DNA of 44,826 nucleotides from a virus (Duplodnaviria; Heunggongvirae; Uroviricota; Caudoviricetes): IMG/VR virus record IMGVR_UViG_2718218398_000008; one strand, 5' to 3'. Shown piece by piece: positions 22,799 to 31,309 of this stretch (position 1 is its first letter; each line of letters starts with the position of its first letter). The notes under the pieces were generated by a model. It saw only the letters and a program-made list of their open reading frames with translations, ran no database searches and was not told where the DNA came from. The position numbers and the translations under genes were made by a program.

Positions 22799-23278
22799 TT
22801 TTATTCCTACGGGTCTTATTCTGACAATATATCCTGTGTTCCAGACTGCCACATCACCACATCCTGTGCCATTATCTGACTCACATTACATACATCGCAT
22901 CGGGATACAGTAGTAGCACTTTCTGTAATACAGCTTCCTGTTTCTTCCACCATCGCACCGGGATAAACCCGCGAATCATTAACGCGGTAAAAACCCGGTG
23001 TGCATCGTTTTTAATTATTCCCGCACACTCACGCAGAAGGAATTCCCCGTCGGGCTACGGTCATGGTTAATGCGGGAATACGGCGACGATACAGCGCAGC
23101 TAAAAGGGTAATGGACGGATAGACCGGTTTATTTCATTCCACAGGATTCTGAGTGTCCCCAACTTCCTCCAATAGTCTGAGCCCACCTGTGTAGTTTTAA
23201 TTTTCATCAATCCATTTAACTATCGTTTAATTGTTGTCACATAGGATTCTGCCGTTTTTAACAATGCAGGATAATAAG

Positions 23279-23572
23279 ATGAAAAAAATGTTGTTTTCTG
23301 CCGCTCTGGCAATGCTTATTACAGGATGTGCTCAACAGACGTTTACTGTTGGAAACAAACCTACAGCAGTAACACCAAAGGAAACCATCACCCATCATTT
23401 CTTCGTTTCGGGAATTGGGCAGAAGAAAACTGTCGATGCAGCAAAAATTTGTGGTGGTGCAGAAAATGTTGTTAAAACAGAAACCCAGCAAACATTCGTA
23501 AATGGATTGCTCGGTTTTATTACTTTAGGCATTTATACTCCGCTGGAAGCGCGTGTGTATTGCTCACAATAA
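23279..23572 (+). CDS. bor: Bor lipoprotein (serum-resistance lysogenic conversion factor)
   Basis: MKKMLFSAALAMLITGCAQQTFTV... near-identical to lambda Bor, 97 aa. Confidence 0.9.
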   Translation: MKKMLFSAALAMLITGCAQQTFTVGNKPTAVTPKETITHHFFVSGIGQKKTVDAAKICGGAENVVKTETQQTFVNGLLGFITLGIYTPLEARVYCSQ

Positions 23573-23603
23573 TTGCATGAGTTGCCCATCGATATGGGCA
23601 GCT

Positions 23604-24065
23604 CTATCTGCACTGCTCATTAATATACTTCTGGGTTCCTTCCAGTTGTTTTTGCATAGTGATCAGCCTCTCTCTGAGGGTGAAATAATCCCGTTCAGCG
23701 GTGTCTGCCAGTCGGGGGGAGGCTGCATTATCCACGCCGGAGGCGGTGGTGGCTTCACGCACTGACTGACAGACTGCTTTGATGTGCAACCGACGACGAC
23801 CAGCGGCAACATCATCACGCAGAGCATCATTTTCAGCTTTCGCATCAGCTAACTCCTTCGTGTATTTTGCATCGAGCGCAGCAACATCACGCTGACGCAT
23901 CTGTATGTCAGTAATTGCCGCGTTCGCCAGCGTCAGTTCTCTGGCATTTTTGTCGCGCTGGGCTTTGTAGGTAATCGCGTTATCGCGGTAATGATTAACC
24001 GCCCATGAAAGGCAGACGATGACGCAGATAACCAGAGCGGAGATAATCGCGGTTATTCTGCTCAT
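23604..24065 (-). CDS. Rz: i-spanin Rz
   Basis: Lambda Rz-like over full length, 153 aa. Confidence 0.9.
   Translation of the reverse strand: MSRITAIISALVICVIVCLSWAVNHYRDNAITYKAQRDKNARELTLANAAITDIQMRQRDVAALDAKYTKELADAKAENDALRDDVAAGRRRLHIKAVCQSVREATTASGVDNAASPRLADTAERDYFTLRERLITMQKQLEGTQKYINEQCR
23663..23845 (-). CDS. Rz1: o-spanin Rz1 (lipoprotein), embedded in Rz in +1 frame
   Basis: [24 protein letters not shown]... Pro-rich, nested within Rz as in lambda. Confidence 0.85.
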   Translation of the reverse strand: MRKLKMMLCVMMLPLVVVGCTSKQSVSQCVKPPPPPAWIMQPPPDWQTPLNGIISPSERG

Positions 24066-24538
24066 ACCTCACTCTCTCTGAGCGTTCCGCCAGCTTCTTT
24101 GAATTTTGCAATCAGGCTGTCAGCCTTATGCTCGAACTGACCATAACCAGCGCCCGGCAGTGAAGCCCAGATATTGCTGCAACGGTCGATTGCCTGACGG
24201 ATATCACCGCGATCAATCATCGGTAAAGCACCACGCTCTTTAATCTGCTGTAATGCCACTGCGTCCTGGCTTTTGGGGGAGAAGTCTTTCAAACCAAGCT
24301 GTTTACGGTAAGCATCCCACCAGCGTGAAAGAAGCTGATAACGTCCGGCGGCTGTTGATTTGAGTTTGGGGTGTAGCGTGACAAGTTTGCGAGGGTGATC
24401 GGAGTAATCAGTAAACAGTTCGCCGCCAACAATAACATCATAACCGTGGTTACGTGTCGGTTGTCGCCCGTTATCCGTTCCTTCTGACCACGCCAACATA
24501 TCGAGGAAGGCTTTACGCTGAGGATTAAGATTTTGCAT
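24062..24538 (-). CDS. R: endolysin R (lambda-type lytic transglycosylase)
   Basis: ...[20 protein letters not shown]... matches lambda R, 158 aa. Confidence 0.95.
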   Translation of the reverse strand: MQNLNPQRKAFLDMLAWSEGTDNGRQPTRNHGYDVIVGGELFTDYSDHPRKLVTLHPKLKSTAAGRYQLLSRWWDAYRKQLGLKDFSPKSQDAVALQQIKERGALPMIDRGDIRQAIDRCSNIWASLPGAGYGQFEHKADSLIAKFKEAGGTLRESEV

Positions 24539-24842
24539 TTTTCACCCCTGTCAGTCGTTCCCAGAAGTACGTCAGTGCAACCGAACCCATCGCACCACTA
24601 ATCCCCGCTGTCGCGAGAATCATGTAAATACTGAATCCACTTTCGATGCTGATCAGGCCACCAATAACACCGGTGAATCCTGATACCACTATTTGAGCCA
24701 GAGCATTTATCCAACTCCACGTTGCTTTACTCTGCTTCACATCTATCAGGTAGCGGACCAGACCGCCCCAACCTGCGATGATCAGCAAAACGAGCCAGAA
24801 CGCTCCGGCAAGGCTCTCTTTTTCGTGCATATGAATAGCCAA
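24525..24842 (-). CDS. holin (three predicted TM segments), not lambda S-like in sequence
   Basis: 105 aa, three hydrophobic helices, charged C-terminus, overlaps start of endolysin. Confidence 0.75.
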   Translation of the reverse strand: MAIHMHEKESLAGAFWLVLLIIAGWGGLVRYLIDVKQSKATWSWINALAQIVVSGFTGVIGGLISIESGFSIYMILATAGISGAMGSVALTYFWERLTGVKNAKS

Positions 24843-25046
24843 TGTTTCGCCGCCGACAAAAGGCCGGGACGTTAAATGTCAGAAATCAGGCTCACGGGGT
24901 AATTTAACGACAAAGCACGGAGTTGATGCTCCCCGCAAGCCTGGAATAAAAAAGCCAGCATGTAGCTGGCAACAGAGGGTTAAGCAATATCAACTCAACA
25001 GCTGAAGACACCCTGGCTGGGGTAGGTTGGAAGGCTACTCACCGTT

Positions 25047-25082
25047 CAGAAACAGAAAAGCCCAAGGCTTTAAACCTCGGGC
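25047..25082 (-). terminator. candidate intrinsic terminator of the late leader (tR'-like): GC hairpin followed by T-tract on minus strand
   Basis: Inverted repeat GCCCGAGG...CCTTGGGC followed by TTTTCTGTTTCT on the minus strand, ~70-100 nt downstream of the Q-position gene. Confidence 0.5.
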
Positions 25083-25151
25083 TTGAATTTGGATTACTGC
25101 CAGTGCGTACAACATTGGCAAAATATCAGATTTACATAAAATATATGATTT

Positions 25152-25841
25152 TTAATCCAGTTTTGCAATATCTTGCTGTGAAAATATGGTCTTTTGTTTT
25201 GAACGTGTTTTCGTTAAAAGCAATAAAGCTTGGCTATCAAGCTGTAGAAAAATGTGCTTCATTGCAACCCAGCGTTCAGTAAATGTCTCAGACCAGTTTT
25301 TTGATGTCACTCCCACCAGTGATGCCAGCTCCTGGTATTCATAGGTCTTACGCCCTGCCAGCTCGTTCTTCACATCCTGTGCCGCCAGCCAGATCAACTT
25401 CTTCAAACGTTCCAGTGTTTTACCTGCAATTTTCCTGGTACCCAACAGAGTCTTAAACTCGCTCCATGCCCACTGCGTTATGGTGACCTGATGTTCCCAG
25501 CGAACACTTTCGCTGTAACTCCACAGCAACCACGCTTTCTGATGTTCTTCGAGAGACAGAACCGCGCGGCGCCATGACGAGGTTGAGAACTCAACCTGGC
25601 TGACCAGTGCAATGGATGAACCTTTTGCGTACAACTGCTTACCGGAAATCGGCGGATTATCCAGCGTAATCATCCTGCCAGTTACCTCATCCAGAATGCG
25701 CGGCTTCTTTCGTTTGTATGTACCAGTATCAAATTGTGCATGCTCCAGCCAGGCTTCAAGCTGTCCTTTCGTTGCTCCGCTCAAATCAGCGGTAGCCACA
25801 ATGAGTTGCTCGCGGACATACTGTAAATATTGGGTATTCAT
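25152..25841 (-). CDS. putative late-gene antiterminator (Q-position protein, 229 aa), unlike lambda Q
   Basis: Synteny only: between rusA/ylcG and lysis cassette, start overlaps ylcG stop; sequence not recognised as lambda-, 21- or DLP12-type Q. Confidence 0.5.
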   Translation of the reverse strand: MNTQYLQYVREQLIVATADLSGATKGQLEAWLEHAQFDTGTYKRKKPRILDEVTGRMITLDNPPISGKQLYAKGSSIALVSQVEFSTSSWRRAVLSLEEHQKAWLLWSYSESVRWEHQVTITQWAWSEFKTLLGTRKIAGKTLERLKKLIWLAAQDVKNELAGRKTYEYQELASLVGVTSKNWSETFTERWVAMKHIFLQLDSQALLLLTKTRSKQKTIFSQQDIAKLD

Positions 25842-25977
25842 GCGGCAGCTCCTTTCAGTGTTTTGGCGTAATTCTTCAGTATCCGGTAATCGGTCAAAAC
25901 AGAACTAGGAAAACGATATAAGCGCAGGCGCACCCAGCGGCGGCGAAGACGTTCTGCCATATAAGACTCAAACATCA
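25838..25977 (-). CDS. ylcG: small nin-region protein YlcG-like (~46 aa), below ORF-track size cut-off
   Basis: Manual translation [41 protein letters not shown]... resembles DLP12 YlcG; coordinates approximate. Confidence 0.45.
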
Positions 25978-26337
25978 TTCATCTCCCAGTTCAGTGATAG
26001 TCAGCTCCAGCTTCCCACCTTTGGTAACGGGCATCTTCACAACGCGGTAATCAACGACCTGAGCATCATCCAGCCAGAAACCTGCTTTGGTGAGTGCGTC
26101 AAAAGCGGCCTTTTGCAGATTATCAAGGTCACGGCGACGGCGATCCGGCATGTGGCACTCAATGCTGATTTTCACAGGAATAGCCAGGCCGATATCCAGC
26201 ATTGCGTTTTTAATGATTCGGGCGACATTATCGCGGTATGCCTGCCCCTCTGCGCTGATATGCGTGCGTCCGCGATTATGGCGGTAATAGCGATTATTGC
26301 TCGGCGGCCAGGGTAGTGTGATGCAGTAAGTATTCAC
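25975..26337 (-). CDS. rusA: Holliday junction resolvase RusA (GTG start)
   Basis: [18 protein letters not shown]... typical RusA, 120 aa. Confidence 0.9.
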   Translation of the reverse strand: MNTYCITLPWPPSNNRYYRHNRGRTHISAEGQAYRDNVARIIKNAMLDIGLAIPVKISIECHMPDRRRRDLDNLQKAAFDALTKAGFWLDDAQVVDYRVVKMPVTKGGKLELTITELGDE

Positions 26338-26624
26338 GCCTTAATTACCCCCTCTTTCAGCCAGATAACCTGTGTTCTCGCCATACCTTCCAGCGCACAT
26401 TCTTTTGCATATCCAGCGTCAACAAAATGCGTGCGACGGTCGATTTCGTCGTGGCAGGCAGAACATGCAATGGTGGCAATCAGGTCTGGCGGTTTGATAC
26501 CGGTACCGCACAATCCAGCCAGCCGGATATGTGCCAGTACTGACGTTTCAGGATTGCCATTACATACGCCAGGGATTCTTACCTGGCATTCCCGACCACG
26601 CGCTGCTTTTCTCAAGTCAGCCAT
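26334..26624 (-). CDS. ybcO: YbcO-like nin-region protein (DUF1364, putative nuclease; Cys-rich)
   Basis: [37 protein letters not shown]... resembles DLP12 YbcO; start placed at internal Met. Confidence 0.7.
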   Translation of the reverse strand: MADLRKAARGRECQVRIPGVCNGNPETSVLAHIRLAGLCGTGIKPPDLIATIACSACHDEIDRRTHFVDAGYAKECALEGMARTQVIWLKEGVIKA

Positions 26625-26787
26625 GATTCCTCCTTGCTGCCAGTCGCAACCATTTTTTATCAACCAGGCTGGCGGTATATCCGAGCAGTGTTGGTATTTC
26701 GGATGGTTTCAGCTCAGGCTTACGCTTACGACGATTTGGTACTCTGTAGATGTGTCCGTTCATGACACGAATAAGCGGTGTAGCCAT
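26617..26787 (-). CDS. ninE: NinE-like small protein (~56 aa), below ORF-track cut-off
   Basis: Manual translation [31 protein letters not shown]...; start overlaps ninB stop; coordinates approximate. Confidence 0.55.
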   Translation of the reverse strand: MATPLIRVMNGHIYRVPNRRKRKPELKPSEIPTLLGYTASLVDKKWLRLAARRNHG

Positions 26788-27242
26788 TACGCCTCCTGCT
26801 TGTCGCGCAGCAGCTGGAACTCGCAGCTCTGCGGAATAGTCAGGTGGCAGCCAATATTCACCGCCCAGGCTTCAACCTTACACAGGAAGACATACATCTC
26901 TCCGGTATCGAGATCGGAGGTATGGCGTAACGACTGGATAGTAGTGATTTCGCCGGTTACGACATCAACCAGGTCCTTGGTTTCATAACCGAGGTATGTG
27001 TGTTTGAGAGCATCTTTTACCCATGCTGCGGTAGCGAACGATTTCCCCCTGCTGATGAGGTATTCACTGATTTCGCTGTACCACATGTGGCTGAGTGCAT
27101 TCTGGGAAAGACTGCGTTTCTCACGCCACGGTTTAAGCACCATGCGAAAGCATTTTCCGTTCTCCAGATAAGGCTGGATCTGCTGGCCGATAGCGATGAA
27201 GTTACCGCGATGCAGTTTGATGCCATCTTGTGGTAGGTTCAC
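26787..27242 (-). CDS. ninB: NinB (YbcN-like recombination/base-flipping protein)
   Basis: 151 aa, NinB/YbcN-like sequence, nin-region synteny. Confidence 0.9.
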   Translation of the reverse strand: MNLPQDGIKLHRGNFIAIGQQIQPYLENGKCFRMVLKPWREKRSLSQNALSHMWYSEISEYLISRGKSFATAAWVKDALKHTYLGYETKDLVDVVTGEITTIQSLRHTSDLDTGEMYVFLCKVEAWAVNIGCHLTIPQSCEFQLLRDKQEA

Positions 27243-27689
27243 GCTTCACCTCCACAGAGGTCAGACGCTAGATGCAAAAAAACGCAGGTGCATTTCTGCA
27301 TCTGTGAAGGGAGAAGAGAGTTTGGATTGTGTGTGCGCATAAACGTCCCCGTTTAGCGCAGAAGTCACCGGAGTTGTTCAGGCTCCGGTGATACAATTAT
27401 GGCGAATTGATTATTCATAATCAAACAAGATAAGGTCTCAAACTTCATGCAAGCCAAGATTTATTTCTGACAGAATTATACAAAGAAGCTATTGGTCAGA
27501 ATCTACTCGGACTGTAAAACATACGCATAACCTTAAGCTCTCACTTTAAGCATTGTTGAAATAATAGCCGTCAAGTACAACCTTAACCACGACTGGGATA
27601 TTTCCCTGGCTACCACGAGTTGTACGGCTATTAAACTGCCGTTAAATTTAGTAAGAGAATTTCATCCGATAAGTCAAGGCATGTAAAAC

Positions 27690-28463
27690 ATGAAAATTAA
27701 CAAGATATTATCATCTGCAACACTATTGTATGGTATGTCAATGGCCATGTCGGTCGGGAGTTGTGCAACACCTGTCCAGACTAATCTTCCTGGTTACACC
27801 CCGGGTGCAGATATCATTAGTGTTTCACCGACCAGAAACCAGGTCGATCTCATTGGTGATGTTGTTTATTCCCAGATAAAAGGAACTCGTTCTGTCAGAC
27901 AGCTTCACATGTCAGTTCTTGTCCCGCGAACAAATGATTTAAAACCAGCCATTATTTATTATCCCGGCGGCGGATTCATGTCTTCTGAACATGACAAATT
28001 TATTGAAATGAGAATGGCTCTGGCAGAAGCTGGTTTTGTTGTGGCCGCTGTAGAATACAGAACAATTCCTGATACATTTCCAGCACCAGTTGAGGATGGA
28101 AAAGCTGCAATACGTTACCTGAGAGAGCATGCCAGCAATTATGGGATTGATCCTCAAAGAATCGGAGTTCTGGGTGACTCTGCCGGTGGATGGCTTGCCC
28201 AGATGATGGGAACTACAAATGGTGACAAAACCTTTGATAAAGGTGACTTTCTTCAGCAATCCTCAGATGTTCAGGCAGTTGCCACACTTTATGGGATTTC
28301 TGACTTGTTGAATATTGGCGAGGGGTTCCCTGAATCAGTGCAGGAGGTTCATCGCTCTCCTGCCGTAACCGAAGCCTTAATGATCAATGGCCCTGCATTC
28401 AGAAATTTTGCGGGAGCCCCCATCACAGCGTCAAAAGAAAAAGCGCTAAACGCCAGTCCAATC
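27690..28463 (+). pseudogene. 5' fragment of a lipoprotein alpha/beta-hydrolase (esterase/lipase family), interrupted by IS66-family insertion
   Basis: Signal peptide with lipobox; oxyanion-hole PGGG motif (YYPGGGF) and nucleophile elbow GDSAGG; frame is broken at the IS left end. Confidence 0.75.
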
Positions 28464-28548
28464 GTAAGCGTAAACTGACCGCCGTATGTAGCCATCAGAC
28501 GAGAATTGGTAACTTAGACGCCCATCTGATATAGACGGACATCTAAGT

Positions 28549-28974
28549 ATGGAATTACAGGACTGGCGAAAAGAACCTCGTAAAAACTATTCGAATGAAT
28601 TCAAACTTCGTATGGTGGAACTGGCATCACAACCTGGAGCTTGTGTTGCACAGATTGCACGTGAAAATGGCGTCAATGATAATGTTATTTTCAAATGGCT
28701 CAGGCTCTGGCAGAACGAAGGGCGTGTTTCGCGGCGTCTTCCGGTAACGACCTCTTCTGACACTGGCGTTGAATTATTACCTGTAGAAATAACGCCGGAT
28801 GAGCAGAAAGAACCTGTGGCGGCCATTGCGCCGTCTTTATCCACTTCCACTCAGACCAGAGTCAGTGCCAGTTCCTGCAAGGTGGAATTCCGTCACGGTA
28901 ACATGACGCTGGAAAATCCATCGCCAGAGCTGCTCACAGTGTTGATCCGTGAACTGACCGGGAGGGGAAGATGA
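28549..28974 (+). CDS. IS66 accessory protein orfA (TnpA-like)
   Basis: 141 aa, IS66 Orf1-like, start of three-gene IS66 arrangement. Confidence 0.85.
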   Translation: MELQDWRKEPRKNYSNEFKLRMVELASQPGACVAQIARENGVNDNVIFKWLRLWQNEGRVSRRLPVTTSSDTGVELLPVEITPDEQKEPVAAIAPSLSTSTQTRVSASSCKVEFRHGNMTLENPSPELLTVLIRELTGRGR

Positions 28975-29321
28975 TCTCACTCCCATCAGGTACCCGTATC
29001 TGGCTCGTTGCCGGCGTTACCGATATGCGTAAATCCTTCAACGGACTGGGAGAACAGGTACAACATGTGCTGAATGATAATCCCTTCTCCGGTCACCTGT
29101 TTATCTTCCGTGGCCGACGGGGTGACACCGTCAAAATTCTTTGGGCTGATGCTGATGGTCTGTGCCTGTTCACCAAACGCCTGGAGGAAGGCCAGTTTAT
29201 CTGGCCTGCGGTACGTGACGGCAAGGTATCCATTACCCGCTCGCAACTGGCAATGCTCCTCGATAAGCTGGACTGGCGTCAGCCAAAAACATCCAGCCGT
29301 AACTCACTGACAATGTTGTAA
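28971..29321 (+). CDS. IS66 accessory protein orfB (TnpB-like)
   Basis: 116 aa, overlaps orfA stop by 4 nt, IS66 Orf2-like. Confidence 0.85.
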   Translation: MISLPSGTRIWLVAGVTDMRKSFNGLGEQVQHVLNDNPFSGHLFIFRGRRGDTVKILWADADGLCLFTKRLEEGQFIWPAVRDGKVSITRSQLAMLLDKLDWRQPKTSSRNSLTML

Positions 29322-29351
29322 AAAACTCCTGACCGCATTATAAAAACGGTC

Positions 29352-30965
29352 ATGAGTCAGAAATACCTCATTCGCATCGCAGAGCTGGAAAGGTTGCTCT
29401 CTGAGCAGGCTGAAGCCCTCCGTCAGAAAGACCAGCAACTGAGTCTGGTTGAAGAGACGGAAGCCTTCCTGCGCTCTGCACTGACACGTGCCGAAGAAAA
29501 GATCGAAGAAGATGAACGGGAAATAGAACATCTGCGGGCTCAGATAGAAAAACTGCGCCGGATGCTGTTCGGTACCCGTTCTGAAAAACTGCGTCGTGAA
29601 GTTGAACTGGCTGAGGCTCTGCTGAAACAACGTGAACAGGACAGCGATCGTTACAGTGGGCGGGAAGACGATCCTCAGGTTCCCCGCCAGTTGCGACAGT
29701 CGCGCCATCGTCGTCCGTTACCGGCACACCTTCCCCGTGAAATACACCGCCTGGAGCCAGAAGAAAGCTGTTGCCCGGAGTGTGGCGGTGAGCTGGATTA
29801 TCTGGGGGAAGTCAGCGCTGAACAGCTGGAACTGGTGAGCAGTGCCCTGAAAGTGATCCGCACAGAACGGGTAAAAAAAGCCTGTACAAAATGTGACTGT
29901 ATTGTTGAAGCACCGGCGCCGTCCCGCCCGATAGAGCGTGGTATCGCGGGCCCCGGATTACTTGCCCGCGTGTTAACGGGAAAATACTGCGAACATCTGC
30001 CACTGTATCGTCAGAGTGAAATCTTTGCCCGCCAGGGTGTCGAACTGAGCCGGGCCTTACTCTCCAACTGGGTTGACGCGTGCTGCCAGTTAATGACACC
30101 GGTGAATGATGCCCTGTACCGTTATGTAATGAACACCCGCAAGGTTCACACTGATGACACACCGGTAAAGGTACTGGCACCGGGTCAGAAAAAGGCGAAA
30201 ACAGGGCGTATCTGGACGTATGTCCGGGATGATCGCAATGTGGGTTCGTCATCTCCTCCAGCGGTCTGGTTCGCGTACTCGCCGAACCGGCAGGGGAAAC
30301 ACCCGGAGCAACACCTCCGCCCCTTCCGGGGTATCCTGCAGGCGGATGCGTTCACAGGTTACGACAGGTTGTTCAGTGCAGAACGTGAAGGTGGTGCACT
30401 GACAGAAGTTGCGTGCTGGGCCCATGCCCGGCGAAAAATCCACGATGTATACATCAGCAGCAAAAGTGCGACGGCAGAAGAAGCCCTGAAGCGAATCAGT
30501 GAACTGTACGCCATCGAGGATGAAATACGGGGATTACCGGAGTCAGAGCGTCTTGCCGTCAGGCAGCAGCGAAGCAAAGTGTTACTGACGTCGCTGCATG
30601 AATGGATGGTGGAGAAGAATGGTACGCTGTCGAAAAAATCCAGACTGGGCGAAGCGTTCAGCTATGTACTGAATCAGTGGGATGCCCTCTGTTATTACAG
30701 TGATGACGGTCTGGCGGAGGCGGATAATAATGCTGCGGAAAGAGCGCTTCGTGCAGTCTGTCTCGGAAAGAAAAACTTTATGTTCTTTGGCAGCGATCAC
30801 GGCGGCGAGCGTGGAGCACTGTTGTACGGGCTGATCGGCACCTGCCGTCTGAACGGTATCGATCCGGAAGCGTATCTGCGCCATATCCTGAGCGTACTGC
30901 CGGAATGGCCTTCCAACCGAGTTGACGAACTCCTGCCATGGAACGTAGTACTCACCAATAAATAA
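29352..30965 (+). CDS. IS66-family transposase (TnpC)
   Basis: 537 aa, N-terminal leucine-zipper-like coiled coil, CxxC...CxxC zinc-finger motif. Confidence 0.9.
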   Translation: MSQKYLIRIAELERLLSEQAEALRQKDQQLSLVEETEAFLRSALTRAEEKIEEDEREIEHLRAQIEKLRRMLFGTRSEKLRREVELAEALLKQREQDSDRYSGREDDPQVPRQLRQSRHRRPLPAHLPREIHRLEPEESCCPECGGELDYLGEVSAEQLELVSSALKVIRTERVKKACTKCDCIVEAPAPSRPIERGIAGPGLLARVLTGKYCEHLPLYRQSEIFARQGVELSRALLSNWVDACCQLMTPVNDALYRYVMNTRKVHTDDTPVKVLAPGQKKAKTGRIWTYVRDDRNVGSSSPPAVWFAYSPNRQGKHPEQHLRPFRGILQADAFTGYDRLFSAEREGGALTEVACWAHARRKIHDVYISSKSATAEEALKRISELYAIEDEIRGLPESERLAVRQQRSKVLLTSLHEWMVEKNGTLSKKSRLGEAFSYVLNQWDALCYYSDDGLAEADNNAAERALRAVCLGKKNFMFFGSDHGGERGALLYGLIGTCRLNGIDPEAYLRHILSVLPEWPSNRVDELLPWNVVLTNK

Positions 30966-31003
30966 GCGTCAATACGGTGCTCCGTTGACGCTTACGTCCA
31001 ATC

Positions 31004-31273
31004 GGACATATGAAAGGAGTAAAACCCCCATTTCTTATTATGCATGGTAGCAAAGACACTCTGGTTTCACCTGAGCAAAGCGCCAAACTATTCAGGATGT
31101 TGAAGAAGAACGGTGATAACGCTGAGTACGTGCTGGTAGAAGGGGCCGAGCATGGCGATAAGACATGGTATCAGCCAATTATTATAAACAGAGTCGTTGA
31201 GTGGTTTACTAAAAACCTGGGAGCGCCTATAAAAACAGCTCCCCAACAACAAAACCCAAACGCTAACCTGTAA
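31004..31273 (+). pseudogene. 3' fragment of the same alpha/beta-hydrolase (carries the catalytic His region)
   Basis: Reading frame continues from the 5' fragment once the IS and one copy of the 8-bp duplication are removed; motifs HGSKDTLV and EGAEHGD. Confidence 0.7.
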
Positions 31274-31278
31274 AAAGA

Positions 31279-31297
31279 GGGAGGGCTAAGCCCTCCC
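31279..31297. terminator. bidirectional intrinsic terminator (8-bp GC stem GGGAGGGC/GCCCTCCC, 3-nt loop) between convergent genes
   Basis: Perfect inverted repeat flanked by A-run on one side (T-run for the minus-strand transcript). Confidence 0.6.
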
Positions 31298-31309
31298 CAT
31301 TCAATTTTG

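Larger units (their letters stand above)
28464..30995 (+). mobile_element. IS66-family insertion sequence (~2.5 kb) with imperfect terminal inverted repeats starting GTAAGCGT and 8-bp target site duplication GTCCAATC
   Basis: Three ORFs typical of IS66 (orfA, orfB, large transposase); both ends start GTAAGCGT...; identical 8-mer flanks at ~28456..28463 and ~30996..31003. Confidence 0.85.

Noticed and set aside
24843-25151. Possible tRNA or toxin cargo between the Q-position gene and the holin (common moron site in Stx phages)
   Set aside because: Only ~310 bp, no cloverleaf-compatible sequence or ORF; interpreted as late leader with terminator.
27690-28478. Esterase ORF as an intact 262-aa gene
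   Set aside because: Its last residues and stop are contributed by the IS66 terminal repeat and the catalytic His region lies in a separate downstream fragment; called as an IS-disrupted pseudogene.
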